Position numbers and translations under genes: made by a program
Assembly: GCF_009914755.1 (NCBI RefSeq)
Contig: NC_060928.1
Strand: one strand, 5' to 3'
Length of the DNA: 64,000 bases
Source: the human T2T-CHM13v2.0 reference genome, Homo sapiens
The notes under the pieces: generated by a model
Databases searched by the model: none
What the model saw: only the letters and a program-made list of their open reading frames with translations
Told to the model about the DNA's origin: nothing
Shown: positions 63,308 through 64,000 of the stretch, one piece after another
Position numbering within the stretch: the first letter of the stretch is position 1
Layout: each line of letters starts with the position of its first letter

Positions 63308-64000
63308 CAAGAAAAGTCATCATCATTTACAAGATGACTTTCTCCAAATACACTTCTATAGATTCACTTTAGTGGTTCAGGCCCTCAGAAATTGTGAATA
63401 CTTCCTCTTTCCCCTTACAATAGGGTGCTTTATCTCAAGGAACTTGCTGAAGCTGCCCTTTGTGCCACAGTTAGAGACAGAGGTGGGTGTGAAATTATGT
63501 CCTCTTATTCTTAACAATTGCAGCTTTGCTGCCATGCCCTGCTGACGCTCTTAGGCTGGCTGGCTGCACAATGAATTAACCAAGTTAAAAAGTCTTTTTT
63601 TTTTCATTCTACTCCCCTCTATGCAGACCTCATTTAACATTTCCCATGCTGCTGCATCCCTGCTTGTCCACCCTCCGTTATGCTCATCATTGTTCCTAGG
63701 GCTCAAGGAGAGCATCGTGATAATAACAGCTGAGAGTTACAGATCTCTGGCTTGGTACCAGGTCCTCTGGTGAGAACTCAACATGCGTCATTCACATAAT
63801 CTTCAAAAGAGCCCTCTGGGTCAACTTCTATTATTATGAACCCTGTTTTCAGAAAGAGAAAGTGGATTGGAGAGACTTTCTCAAGGTCACACAGCTAGTA
63901 AGTCATGGGGGCAGACGTTAACCTAGGGTTGTTTAATTCAGAAACCGCACCTTTAAATAGTGTGCAATATGGTGGCATGTACATGCATCTTCTTATTTCA

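Overview
This window is primate genomic DNA, most likely human, and is not microbial. It lies entirely inside the CLNK gene (cytokine-dependent haematopoietic cell linker / MIST, an SLP-76 family adaptor) on the minus strand. Eleven internal coding exons were found (107, 46, 26, 20, 111, 28, 19, 82, 41, 134 and 78 nt). All have canonical AG/GT boundaries and splice into one open frame, from ...DTHYFKVAMD through the proline-rich region to the start of the SH2 domain ([20 protein letters not shown]). The rest is intron, dense in repeats: about 30 Alus, a young 5'-inverted L1PA2/L1HS-like insertion, old L1M/L2/MIR, MaLR and ERV LTRs (including a two-LTR MST element), Charlie1/MER44/MER20 DNA transposon fossils and simple repeats. 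Almost all ORF-track entries are repeat artefacts. I see no convincing new biological system. The most interesting items are local: an Alu parent/daughter pair sharing 3' flank up to a Pol III terminator, three Alus stacked at one target site, a twin-primed L1 just upstream of a pre-SH2 exon, a strong alternative donor carrying a stop, a perfect 18-bp hairpin beside a microexon, and IRF/BATF/PU.1/CTCF motifs. Gene and repeat subfamily names are recognised from memory, not from a database search.
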